Of a stretch of DNA of 64,000 nucleotides, positions 9,754 to 19,884 are shown piece by piece. Under the pieces are notes generated by a model. That model worked only from the letters and a program-made list of their open reading frames with translations, was not told where the DNA came from and made no database searches. A program made the translations under genes and the position numbers. Location: contig CH464491.1 of assembly GCA_000002445.1 (NCBI GenBank), forward strand, positions 2,400,001-2,464,000, written 5' to 3'. How positions within the stretch are numbered: the stretch's first letter is position 1; every line of letters begins with the position of its first letter. Origin of the DNA: Trypanosoma brucei (lineage: Eukaryota).

Positions 9754-12228
9754 ATGAGGATTCCACAGGGAGCAATGAAAGGGTTCCGGTGTGCTCCAAA
9801 TGTACGGTTGGTGGTAGCGCCATCGTGTAGTGCGATTGTTTCGGCACTTCGGTGCCTCACACAGTCTCCCCATCTTTGGTGTTCTCGCTGTTCAACTGGG
9901 CTTAAGGGTGACAAGAGCAAATTCCCAGATGCATCTACAGCACTGATACGAAACATCGGGATAGTTGCACACATCGATGCCGGAAAGACAACAACCACTG
10001 AACGTATGCTTTTTTACGCCGGAGCTGTGAAACGTGTGGGTGATGTGGATAGTGGTACCACCACAATGGATTTTATGAAAGAGGAGATGGACCGTGGAAT
10101 AACCATTCAGTCAGCGGCTGTGTCTTTTCAGTGGCGTGGTCACAGCATCCATCTTATTGACACCCCTGGTCATGTGGACTTTACAGTGGAAGTGGAGCGA
10201 GCCATGCGTGTTGTGGATGGTGTGGTTGCTCTTTTCGATGCGTCCGCTGGTGTTCAGGCCCAGAGTTATACGGTTCTTCGGCAGAGTAAGAAGTTTGGTG
10301 TACCTGTCATAGCTTTCTTGAACAAGATGGACAAGTACAACGCTGATTTTACAAAGTGCGTCAACTCGATTCGAAAAAAGTTGGAAATGGAACCTCTGTT
10401 ACTTCAGCTTCCGCTGAGTCGGGAGGATGGAAGCTTTGACGGGGTAGTTGATGTTGTGGAGCTGAAGAGCTATCGGTTTAGTGGTGACCACGGCTCAAAC
10501 GTCATCGTCGGTGATCTACGAGCGCATCGGAGCGAACCACCTCACGTTGTTGAAGCGGCCCGCGACGCCCGGCACGCCCTCCTCTCCACGTTAACCAGCG
10601 TAGACGACTCACTCGCAGACGCGGTTATCGCAGCGCTTGACGAAACTGGCGGTGACGAACAAAGAGCGGAGGACGCCATACCATGTGATGTACTGCGTGC
10701 GGCCATACGGAGGCAGACACTCCGGCAGAACAACTCACCCCGTCCGGTAATCCCCGTGCTATGTGGTGCATCGCGGCGTGACCAGGGGGTGCAGCCGGTT
10801 CTTGATGCTATCACATATTACTTACCTTCTCCGCAAGATCGTGTGCTCTACGGCTACACGAAGGATGGGGAATTGGTGCAACTGCCACCGGCAACAACCG
10901 CACCGTACGCTCCGTTCTTCGCACTCGCGTTCAAAGTTATCCACACAATGGGGCCCAAAGGTCAGCGGCAACCTTTAGTTTTTTTTCGTGTTTACAGTGG
11001 CCGAATAACAGCGCGAACGACACTTGTGAATAACAGCTCCAACAGTCACGAGAATATCGAAAAGCTTTATGTCATGCACGCAGATCATCAGGTTGAGGTT
11101 CCTCATCTCGCCGCCGGGCACATTGGTGCTGCTTTCATGCGGAACACCAAAACCGGGGCAACACTCTATCGTGAACCGCAACACGCTCAATCTGTAGTTG
11201 CAGGCTGTGGTAAGGAGGTTTTTACGCTTGAAGGTATTGATGCCCCATCACCAGTTATCTCCTTTTCTATTGAGGCCGCATCCAAGCACCAAATTTCCCT
11301 CCTGGAGGAGACACTGCAAGAGCTTAGCTTCGAGGACCCGAGTTTGCGGGTCAGCAGGAACAATTTCGGGCAAATAGTTATCAGTGGTATGGGTGAACTT
11401 CACCTGGAAATTGTTATGTCCAGATTGGAGCATTCGTACGGCCTGAAGTGCCGTCTGCTCCGTGCTATTATCGAATATCGGGAGGTAGTGCGCGAGCCGG
11501 TTGAGCTCAAGAATGTTATTGTAACAAATAACGAAGTTCCATACATTGAGTGCTCACTTAGGTTGCAGCCACTATTAGATGATGAGGGTGTCTGTGGCCC
11601 CAGTGAAGTGTGCTCATTCATTGTGGACGAAGCATTTGCAGGAAGTTTTTTATCATCCTCCGCGAACGAGGGGGGCGGTGACCGACGCCGCCGCATGGAT
11701 GACTGTCGGCGCAATGCTGTGGAAGAGCTGCGACTGATAACTGAGGTATTTAACAAAGCCTTGAGTGAATGCTTCCTCCTGGGGCCACTTGCCGGCCTCC
11801 CGCTTCACGGCGTCCGAGTGGTGTTGACGGGGTTCAGGAGGGTGGCTGCAACACAACTAACAGATCGGCCGCTTGCACAGGCCGCGCGTTCACTTTTACT
11901 TCAGCTCCTTCAGGCGGCACCGAAGACGACTTTGGCTGCGCTTGAACCTATGATGGAGGTGGAGGTGCACCTATCTGAACCCACGTACATTGGCGAGGTA
12001 GTGAGCTCCTTGAATGAGCGCAAGGCGGTTACCGTGGATATCCAGGAGGACGGAAAATCGGTAAGTGCAATCTTACCAATGCGGAACATCGTTCGTTATA
12101 CGATGGAACTGCGGAAGGCTGTGAAGGGACACGCCAACCTTTACGTCCGTTTGCATCATTACCGTACTATTGAGGACAAGGCTGTCCTTTCGAGGATCAT
12201 GAAGAACTTAGGTATATACGACAGTTAA
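9754..12228 (+). CDS. Mitochondrial elongation factor G2 / ribosome-releasing factor 2 (EF-G family translational GTPase)
   Basis: The G domain (GIVAHIDAGKTTTTERM; DTPGHVDFTVEVERAMRVVDG; NKMDK) and the downstream domains align closely in my memory to the GFM2/EF-G2 subfamily (ITIQSAAVSF, LLLQLPLS, GVVDVVELK). The ORF-caller start at 9577 reads through a (CA)n(GA)n microsatellite, so the real start is downstream. ATG 9754 (MRIPQGAMKGF) and ATG 9775 (MKGF) both follow the polypyrimidine tract 9705..9750. The N-terminus is Arg-rich with no acidic residues, consistent with a mitochondrial presequence. Confidence 0.82.
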   Translation: MRIPQGAMKGFRCAPNVRLVVAPSCSAIVSALRCLTQSPHLWCSRCSTGLKGDKSKFPDASTALIRNIGIVAHIDAGKTTTTERMLFYAGAVKRVGDVDSGTTTMDFMKEEMDRGITIQSAAVSFQWRGHSIHLIDTPGHVDFTVEVERAMRVVDGVVALFDASAGVQAQSYTVLRQSKKFGVPVIAFLNKMDKYNADFTKCVNSIRKKLEMEPLLLQLPLSREDGSFDGVVDVVELKSYRFSGDHGSNVIVGDLRAHRSEPPHVVEAARDARHALLSTLTSVDDSLADAVIAALDETGGDEQRAEDAIPCDVLRAAIRRQTLRQNNSPRPVIPVLCGASRRDQGVQPVLDAITYYLPSPQDRVLYGYTKDGELVQLPPATTAPYAPFFALAFKVIHTMGPKGQRQPLVFFRVYSGRITARTTLVNNSSNSHENIEKLYVMHADHQVEVPHLAAGHIGAAFMRNTKTGATLYREPQHAQSVVAGCGKEVFTLEGIDAPSPVISFSIEAASKHQISLLEETLQELSFEDPSLRVSRNNFGQIVISGMGELHLEIVMSRLEHSYGLKCRLLRAIIEYREVVREPVELKNVIVTNNEVPYIECSLRLQPLLDDEGVCGPSEVCSFIVDEAFAGSFLSSSANEGGGDRRRRMDDCRRNAVEELRLITEVFNKALSECFLLGPLAGLPLHGVRVVLTGFRRVAATQLTDRPLAQAARSLLLQLLQAAPKTTLAALEPMMEVEVHLSEPTYIGEVVSSLNERKAVTVDIQEDGKSVSAILPMRNIVRYTMELRKAVKGHANLYVRLHHYRTIEDKAVLSRIMKNLGIYDS

Positions 12229-13366
12229 CAACCATTGATCTAAGTGTTGAGTTATGGGGTTAGCATGCGCATATGGCGGCCTCTTTTTTTTTTTTTGTAA
12301 AGAAAGAAAAAACTGCTGCAGGTAGCGATCGGGGGGCGCTGTAACAACAAAAAAATGTTTGTTAGGCGAAAATAAGGTGCAACATGGCTATTTTTTATTT
12401 TTATCGCTTTGGGAGCGTGGGCATGAGCCACACCACCTTCTCTACGGGATGGCATTGCCGATACAACTTTTGCTGTCTTTGTGTCAAAGTGAATGATTCG
12501 GTTATTCCAGTTTGTCCGCTGTTTTATGATACAGTTGTGGTTGTGAAGTCGGCACTTTTGACAGGGAGGATGCTTTAAAAAGCCCCGGGGGTCATCAGCT
12601 CCCATGAGAATTGCAGTGTGTTGACCCGTCGAATCTCTCATCAGCGTTTTCGTCATTCCCTCAAGTTGAGGTCACGACTCAAGAGTAGTATTGTGTCTAT
12701 TTGTGTAAATTACGATCCATACATGTATGTGCGTAACGGAGGTTTTTACGTTTGATTTTGTTTGAGCTTCCAGTAGTTGTGGGAGTTAAAACCAGCTGGT
12801 TCCCTTAGCTTTGTGCCGTAAGGTTTGCTGGTCTTGCGTCACACTTTATTTTCCACACGCTTTCGTGCCGCTGTTAAGCAGAGATGCCCCACTGTCTCCC
12901 CGCACGGTGTCCTATTCCCCGTTAATGTGTGTTGAACGATCCCCCCGAAAGCCGTTAAATCGGCTTCGGATTACTTATGCCCCTTCGGACAGCTCACTCT
13001 TACCTCCTTTCTTTTTGCCTTTGCTTTGCCGTACTGCATTCCCTGTCCCGTAACGGACTGTCTCTTATCTCCGGTGCGTGGAAGGGGTGAGGGGAATCAG
13101 ATTACAGTTAGTTGCAGTAAGCACGTAGCGTAAGTGCGCAGAGGCCACGTGTTACCGTCAATTGAGCTCAGGATCATTTTTTATCGACGCGAACTTCACC
13201 TAGGATAATCTTGGGCAGGCACTTTTTGTTTCACTTGCTGGACAAAGAAGAATTGTTAAAGAGGAGCTGGCACAGCGACAAAGCAGGAAGAAAGTGAAGG
13301 GAGTCGCTAAATCGCGTCACCTAAGAGACAGAAAGCGGCTCTGCATATACGTGAGCTTGGCGAGGT

Positions 13367-14551
13367 GTGGGTAAAATGCTTGGAGCGAACCTTGGGATTA
13401 ACTTTCACACTGATGACGATCATGGTGATCATGGTGATCACGAGGGCCATGAGGGGCACGACATGGGGGGTTGCGCTCCAGCCGCAGGGTCGTACTCGAT
13501 GGGGCTTCACATTGCAGCCATTTTTATTCTCCTGATCGCGTCATTCCTTGGGACAGTTCTTCCCATTGCCGGGAACTATGTGCCACGATTCAAGCTGCCG
13601 CCGTTTCTTATTGTTGTTTCGAAGTGTATTTCCACAGGTGTTGTTATGTCAGTTGCCGTGTTAACACTGCTCAATCACAGCTTACACAGCTTCATGGAGA
13701 AGTGTATCCCACACGGGCTGAGTATGGAAGTGTACAGCGCTTTCGGCTTGCTGTTTATGCTGATCTCGGCTTTACTGATGCATTCATTCGACTCTGCCAT
13801 GGACCTCCTTCTTGAGGGTTGGGCGGTTCGTAAGGAAGAGGAGAAATTAGCCGACGGCGCACCGCAAGTGGCTGATAGTGTGCCGACGGCGGCGGCTCTT
13901 CCACCAACTCAATGCGGAATGAAGCGTTGCACGGCTCAACCAGGAGTATCATGTGAAACTAACGGCTGCTGCCAATCATCTCCGGGACCTGCGTACGGTG
14001 CTACCGGGTGCTGTGGAAGCCGTGGTGAAGCCGCTGCGCTGCTTACCGGTGCGCGGCGTGTTATGGCCCTAGCCTTAATGGAATTCGGTTTGGTGGTGCA
14101 CAGTATTTTTCTCGGTCTTTCCGTAGGTATTGCATCCGACTCGCGCACCAAAGTGCTGCTTGTGGCTCTTTCCTTCCATCAATTTTTTGAAGGCCTGGCT
14201 TTAGGGGCGCGGTTGGCGGAGGCGTCGCTGAAAGCCAAGTTGGAGTTATTTTTGGCCATCCTCTTTTCCATTTCTGTTCCTGTTGGTACGGCTATCGGTG
14301 CCGTTACCATGAGGGATGGCGGCAAAAGCATTACCGGCTCCAGTTACGTCACTATGAGCGCCATTGTCAATGCCATTGGTGCTGGTATTCTGCTTTACAT
14401 CGGTTTTGTCCTGCTTCTCGTTGATTTCCCAACGGATCTGCGCATATACGCGGGTGTCGGGACGCCGAATCGCTTTGTGAGACGCATTGCAATGTTTGTG
14501 GCCCTTTGGGTTGGCTTCGGTGTGATGGCGCTGCTGTCCAAGTGGCACTAG
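13367..14551 (+). CDS. ZIP-family (Zrt/Irt-like, SLC39) divalent-metal transporter, diverged leading paralogue of the array
   Basis: 394 aa with a His/Asp-rich N-terminus (HGDHGDHEGHEGHD) and multiple TM helices. The ZIP signature in the TM4-TM5 region is HSIFLGLSVGIA...HQFFEGLALGARL. It is roughly 65-70% identical to the downstream copies in conserved blocks, by eye. Confidence 0.85.
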   Translation: MGKMLGANLGINFHTDDDHGDHGDHEGHEGHDMGGCAPAAGSYSMGLHIAAIFILLIASFLGTVLPIAGNYVPRFKLPPFLIVVSKCISTGVVMSVAVLTLLNHSLHSFMEKCIPHGLSMEVYSAFGLLFMLISALLMHSFDSAMDLLLEGWAVRKEEEKLADGAPQVADSVPTAAALPPTQCGMKRCTAQPGVSCETNGCCQSSPGPAYGATGCCGSRGEAAALLTGARRVMALALMEFGLVVHSIFLGLSVGIASDSRTKVLLVALSFHQFFEGLALGARLAEASLKAKLELFLAILFSISVPVGTAIGAVTMRDGGKSITGSSYVTMSAIVNAIGAGILLYIGFVLLLVDFPTDLRIYAGVGTPNRFVRRIAMFVALWVGFGVMALLSKWH

Positions 14552-16333
14552 GTAACGTAACTTTTTATTTACATTAATTTTTTTTCTTCACTCCCCCTAA
14601 CTTTGAGGAGTTGAATATGTTCGCACGTGGGTTAACACGTAACAAATAGTATCGCACGGAAAATGAACTCTTTACCGCGTGAGAGGCGTGTCGTGCTGAA
14701 GCGGACGCATCAGAGAAGAGGAGTAAATAAGCGAGGGATTGAGGGATGTTATGCTCACACGCTGTGTTCTGAGAGGTGGGGGAGAAGGTACTGAATTGGC
14801 ACTAAAATAGCGACGATGCGAAACAAGTAAGAAAATGAATAAGCAAAAGTTTTATGGGCAACGATTTTGAGAAAAAAAAATCAATTGCACAAATAGGCGG
14901 TAACCTCTTTATAGCTCTATCTTTTGAAACCCTATTCGCTAGTTTAGCGTTGCGGGGAAGCCGTCGTACTGATCCTAATCTCCTCACTTCCCTTCCTTCC
15001 CCTTCTATTTGTTTTTATTTACAAAATGATGGAAAGCGGGATGATTTGTTGTTCCTGGTGTGTATTCCTTTTTATTACTTATAATGATATGTTCATCATT
15101 GCTGTTATTAATTCGTTTTTGGTGTCTTATGCTATTTTTACATTTAGGGACTCTCATTTTATTTTTATTTTTTTCGAAGGTGTGTGAGTAACAACACATA
15201 CACAACTCGAGGGACTGAAGCATATCGGCGGGTATTGTATCAAGAAAAATTTTAAATTATTAACAAGCACAACACATCAGTGATGGGTCAAATGCAACGA
15301 AATCAGCGTGAAGGGTGAAATAAATAAATGAATCAAGACCTGAAGAAAACGAAATAGAAAGAGAACAGAAAAGGCAACGAATAAAATGGTGGAATGGAGA
15401 GTGAAAGTAACTTTTACAGAAAGGGAGAAGGGGAAAAGAAGAGATTAATAAAATAGGAAAATGTCGGAGGGAATCGAAGTGGCAGCACCTGAAAGAGACA
15501 GTTTAATATTAGCAGGGAAATCATTACTCATCCAATTCGCAACTCATATTCACGTGGTGAAGTGAGGCCGCGGCTTTGTTGCTATTTCTCTTACTCTTTG
15601 TGTACGTGTGTGTTTATTTTCTACGGCGTCGTTACCGGGGTTAATATCCAAAAGAAGGACTTAGTTTAACGTCATTCTAACAGATAAGTGTAATATTTGG
15701 GAGGAGACATTCTCGTATGTATTTTTGTTTTCCCCCCTTTTTGGCGTTATTTGGTGTCCGCTTGTTGGAGATTTATGTTCCTCATACATTTTTTTTTTTC
15801 AAAAAAAGCCTCAACTTGATAAATGCTCGTCCACGTGTGCCCTCCTTTGCCTTGCCTTATTTTTAACATATCTTTTTCAGTTATTCTTTGAGGTAATCTT
15901 CACAAAGTGGCACAGCAACAAAAAAAGATATATATGTATATATATCTAGCAACTGCATGATAATATTTGACATTGAAAGGTTTCAACCATCCTCAAGAGT
16001 ATATCTTCATACTTTTCCTTCACCCTTAATAAAAATCTCTCACATCCCGCTCCCCCCCGTTCCAAGGAAGAAAAAATTACACAAACACAGACACATTTCT
16101 TCACACAGCACCTACAGTCAAATAATAACAGAGCGGGGAGCTTCTAAGCAAAAGGTCCGACCAAGAAACAACCACAAAAAAAAAGGATTAAGAAATCGAA
16201 AAAATTGAAAAACATATAACTATACGACCAATTTAAAAAAAATAATAATAATTAAATTATGTAATAATAATAAAAATATATAACAACGATTCAGAAATAA
16301 AGAAAAAATATATAAAAAGCAACCAAAAACCAG

Positions 16334-16525
16334 GCGGTCGCCAGTGCTGTGTGTGGTGGGATGCTGCTGTACCTTGCTTTCTGCCTCATGTTGAGTGACT
16401 TCCCATCGGATATGCAGAAACATGCTGGGAAGGATAAGGTAAGGCGTTTCTTCAGATGCTTTGGGATGTTTGCGGCTCTTTGGCTTGGCGCTGCGTTGAT
16501 GGCCGTGTTAGGAAAATGGGTCTAA
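16334..16525 (+). pseudogene. Orphan 3' fragment (last ~64 codons plus stop) of a ZIP transporter gene; array boundary relic
   Basis: Nucleotides 16334..16525 are essentially identical to the 3' ends of the downstream ZIP copies (for example 18606..18797) and encode ...QAVASAVCGGMLLYLAFCLMLSDFPSDMQKHAGKDKVRRFFRCFGMFAALWLGAALMAVLGKWV*. Upstream of 16334 the homology stops abruptly in A/T-rich low-complexity DNA. There is no start codon or N-terminal part. Confidence 0.65.
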
Positions 16526-17460
16526 GCACCCACTGTTCATGTGTGTGCCAATGGATTGCCCACTTCATTTTCTGTTTTCCTCGTACTCTTTTTCCAGCCC
16601 CCTTTTTCAGTTGTAATGATGCTCCCGCACGTGTGTTGCGTGGTCCGGTGAGCCATTGTGCCCTACCTGTTGCATGCGTTAGAGTTGTTCTTGAGGTGTG
16701 CTTGTGCATGTACATACATATATGTATATGTATATATACGTGTGTGTGTTTCTTGAGCTAGCGCCGAGTTGGGAGTGAGAGGAGTTGTGCTCTTCGTGTG
16801 TGCGTAGGTTTGAGCGTATGCGGACTGAGTGTCGGATGTTTAGCGGTGCGAAGCATAAGCAATTGCTCACGTGTTTGTATGCGTGTGTGTTGCGTACATG
16901 TTTCCAAACATCTACCCTGCCTTCAGGAGGGACCTGCACGAGTACATACATGAGCATATGTGCTGTGTTTACGCTTGTCCTTGATTTAGTTACAATATAC
17001 AACTGCGTACATCTACATTTTACTACTTTATGTTCGTTTGTTCATTTATTAGTATTTTTAAATAGCAATGCCCACCATCCTCGTAGTTACTCTACCGTGC
17101 TGGTGCGGGGGACGAAGCTGCAGACGCGTGGTGTACGAATATATGCATGCGTATGGATGTGTGTGCATGTGTTTCTGTGTGCGTCAATGCGCGTTTGAGT
17201 GTCTGCCTGCGCGTATATTTAAATAGTGATTTAGCGGATATCTGACTGTAGAGGGTACGACGGACGGGCTTATTTTCCACATGAGACTATTTCTTCCCCT
17301 GCTTTCTTTCTGTGCTGGTGCTGGTGCTGGTGTGTGTCTGTGTGTGCGCAGTTGTGGATGGGATGGTGGCAAATGTATCGCATTGCTGCTGTTCCCATCC
17401 CTTAGTGCCCCATTGTTTCTGCACGCTCTCGCTAAGCATTCCTTCTTACCCTTTTTGCCC

Positions 17461-17528
17461 ATTGATTCTTTTTCTATGTTTGCCGTCCCTTTTTCACCTT
17501 TTTCTTTTTGGTGTGTGTAGATACCATA
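17461..17528 (+). promoter_or_regulatory. Polypyrimidine tract plus AG: probable spliced-leader trans-splice acceptor region for the downstream ZIP copy (recurs before each array copy)
   Basis: A T/C-rich run (ttgattctttttctatgtttgccgtccctttttcacctttttctttttggtgtgtgtag) is followed by an AG about 85 nt upstream of ATG 17613. The same block recurs at 19733..19800, 21775..21852 and 23812..23889. In trypanosomatids such tracts direct trans-splicing (established knowledge). The exact acceptor is not determinable without RNA data. Confidence 0.5.
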
Positions 17529-17612
17529 AAGTGACAGTCAGGTTTCGGTTGGTGCTGCCTTAGCTAATCTCAGCAAAAACACACTTCCTCTTTTTGTGAT
17601 ACAGTCAGAGCG

Positions 17613-18797
17613 ATGGCTAACGTTAATAACGAGACCACCGAATGTGGTGCATTGCTTTCGAATATCACTTCCCTACAGACGACGCTAACGTCTATGGGAT
17701 GCCAAGTGCCCGCCTTGCATCATCACACGCATGACCACGGCCACCATCACCATCATCATCATCATGACGATCACACCCACGGAGCGGACGACCACGAAGG
17801 TCACGGGCACAGTCACGGCGGGTGCGAAAGTGGTCATGGCACGTATTCCATTGGACTGCATGTTGTGGCGATCTTTGTTGTGTTGATTGCGTCGTTTCTG
17901 GGCACGCTGATACCGATAATCGGAAAGTACGTGCCGGCACTGCGGCTTCCTCCGTTTGTGTTTGTCCTTGGCAAGTGCATTGCAGCTGGAGTGCTACTGT
18001 CAGTGTCGACTATCCACATGATTAATGAAGCTGTAGCGCAGCTACAGGAAGATTGTGTTCCGGAGTCGTTTCGCGAATCATATGAGGCATATGCATTTCT
18101 GTTTGCTGTGGCTGGAGCGTTGCTGTTGCACATGGTGGACGTCATTGTTGACGCACGTGTGACAAACAAGAGCGATTCCAGCACCAACAAACCTGAGGGT
18201 CAACCCGATGCCGAAGAAGCTCAAGCGGCCCCGGCTGCTCTTGATGCGTACGATGGTCATCACTGCCACTACGCTGTCGGCATGCCACAGTCGAGGACCA
18301 GACGCCTCGTCTCTGCAATGTTTATGGAGTTTGCGGTAACTGTGCACAGTGTGTTCATTGGGCTGGCAGTCGGTATCGCAAGGGATGCGGAGACTAAAAC
18401 TTTACTTGTGGCTCTGGCATTTCATCAGATGTTGGAGGGCCTTGCTCTGGGCGCGCGTCTGGTGGATGCAGAGTTGAGCTTGAAGCTTGAAATGCTGTTT
18501 GCACTACTCTTCTCTGTCTCTGCGCCCCTGGGCACCGCAATTGCCGTTGGCACGATTGCGATTTGGAATGTGTCGATGGTAGGAACCGCGTTCGTGATTA
18601 CACAGGCGGTCGCCAGTGCTGTGTGTGGTGGGATGCTGCTGTACCTTGCTTTCTGCCTCATGTTGAGTGACTTCCCATCGGATATGCAGAAACATGCTGG
18701 GAAGGATAAGGTAAGGCGTTTCTTCAGATGCTTTGGGATGTTTGCGGCTCTTTGGCTTGGCGCTGCGTTGATGGCCGTGTTAGGAAAATGGGTCTAA
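17613..18797 (+). CDS. ZIP-family metal transporter, array copy (long His-rich N-terminal segment)
   Basis: 394 aa. It has the ZIP signature HSVFIGLAVGIARDAETKTLLVALAFHQMLEGLALGARL and the N-terminal HHHTHDHGHHHHHHHHDDHTHGADDHEGHGHSHGG segment. The N-terminus also carries N-x-T/S sites (NETT, NIT), consistent with an extracellular N-terminus. Confidence 0.88.
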   Translation: MANVNNETTECGALLSNITSLQTTLTSMGCQVPALHHHTHDHGHHHHHHHHDDHTHGADDHEGHGHSHGGCESGHGTYSIGLHVVAIFVVLIASFLGTLIPIIGKYVPALRLPPFVFVLGKCIAAGVLLSVSTIHMINEAVAQLQEDCVPESFRESYEAYAFLFAVAGALLLHMVDVIVDARVTNKSDSSTNKPEGQPDAEEAQAAPAALDAYDGHHCHYAVGMPQSRTRRLVSAMFMEFAVTVHSVFIGLAVGIARDAETKTLLVALAFHQMLEGLALGARLVDAELSLKLEMLFALLFSVSAPLGTAIAVGTIAIWNVSMVGTAFVITQAVASAVCGGMLLYLAFCLMLSDFPSDMQKHAGKDKVRRFFRCFGMFAALWLGAALMAVLGKWV

Positions 18798-19884
18798 GCA
18801 CCCACTGTTCATGTGTGTGCCAATGGATTGCCCACTTCATTTTCTGTTTTCCTCGTACTCTTTTTCCAGCCCCCTTTTTCAGTTGTAATGATGCTCCCGC
18901 ACGTGTGTTGCGTGGTCCGGTGAGCCATTGTGCCCTACCTGTTGCATGCGTTAGAGTTGTTCTTGAGGTGTGCTTGTGCATGTACATACATATATGTATA
19001 TGTATATATACGTGTGTGTGTTTCTTGAGCTAGCGCCGAGTTGGGAGTGAGAGGAGTTGTGCTCTTCGTGTGTGCGTAGGTTTGAGCGTATGCGGACTGA
19101 GTGTCGGATGTTTAGCGGTGCGAAGCATAAGCAATTGCTCACGTGTTTGTATGCGTGTGTGTTGCGTACATGTTTCCAAACATCTACCCTGCCTTCAGGA
19201 GGGACCTGCACGAGTACATACATGAGCATATGTGCTGTGTTTACGCTTGTCCTTGATTTAGTTACAATATACAACTGCGTACATCTACATTTTACTACTT
19301 TATGTTCGTTTGTTCATTTATTAGTATTTTTAAATAGCAATGCCCACCATCCTCGTAGTTACTCTACCGTGCTGGTGCGGGGGACGAAGCTGCAGACGCG
19401 TGGTGTACGAATATATGCATGCGTATGGATGTGTGTGCATGTGTTTCTGTGTGCGTCAATGCGCGTTTGAGTGTCTGCCTGCGCGTATATTTAAATAGTG
19501 ATTTAGCGGATATCTGACTGTAGAGGGTACGACGGACGGGCTTATTTTCCACATGAGACTATTTCTTCCCCTGCTTTCTTTCTGTGCTGGTGCTGGTGCT
19601 GGTGTGTGTCTGTGTGTGCGCAGTTGTGGATGGGATGGTGGCAAATGTATCGCATTGCTGCTGTTCCCATCCCTTAGTGCCCCATTGTTTCTGCACGCTC
19701 TCGCTAAGCATTCCTTCTTACCCTTTTTGCCCATTGATTCTTTTTCTATGTTTGTCGTCCCTTTTTCACCTTTTTCTTTTTGGTGTGTGTAGATACCATA
19801 AAGTGACAGTCAGGTTTCGGTTGGTGCTGCCTTAGCTAATCTCAGCAAAAACACACTTCCTCTTTTTGTGATACAGTCAGAGCG

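Noticed and set aside
14552-16333. Retroposon (ingi/RIME/SIDER-type) or centromere-like repeat in the A/T-rich tract
   Set aside because: I see no reverse-transcriptase or endonuclease ORF, no terminal poly(A) with target-site duplication, and no tandem ~147-bp periodicity. Only base composition is unusual. I kept it as a finding, but without a mobile-element call.
16785-17198. 137-aa and 101-aa + strand ORFs in the ZIP array spacers (duplicated at 19057..19470, 16456..16761, 18728..19033 and elsewhere)
   Set aside because: They are translated from GT-rich and pyrimidine-rich spacer sequence (Cys/Val/Leu-rich, not protein-like). They recur only because the spacer itself is tandemly duplicated. 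They overlap the predicted UTR and processing signals.
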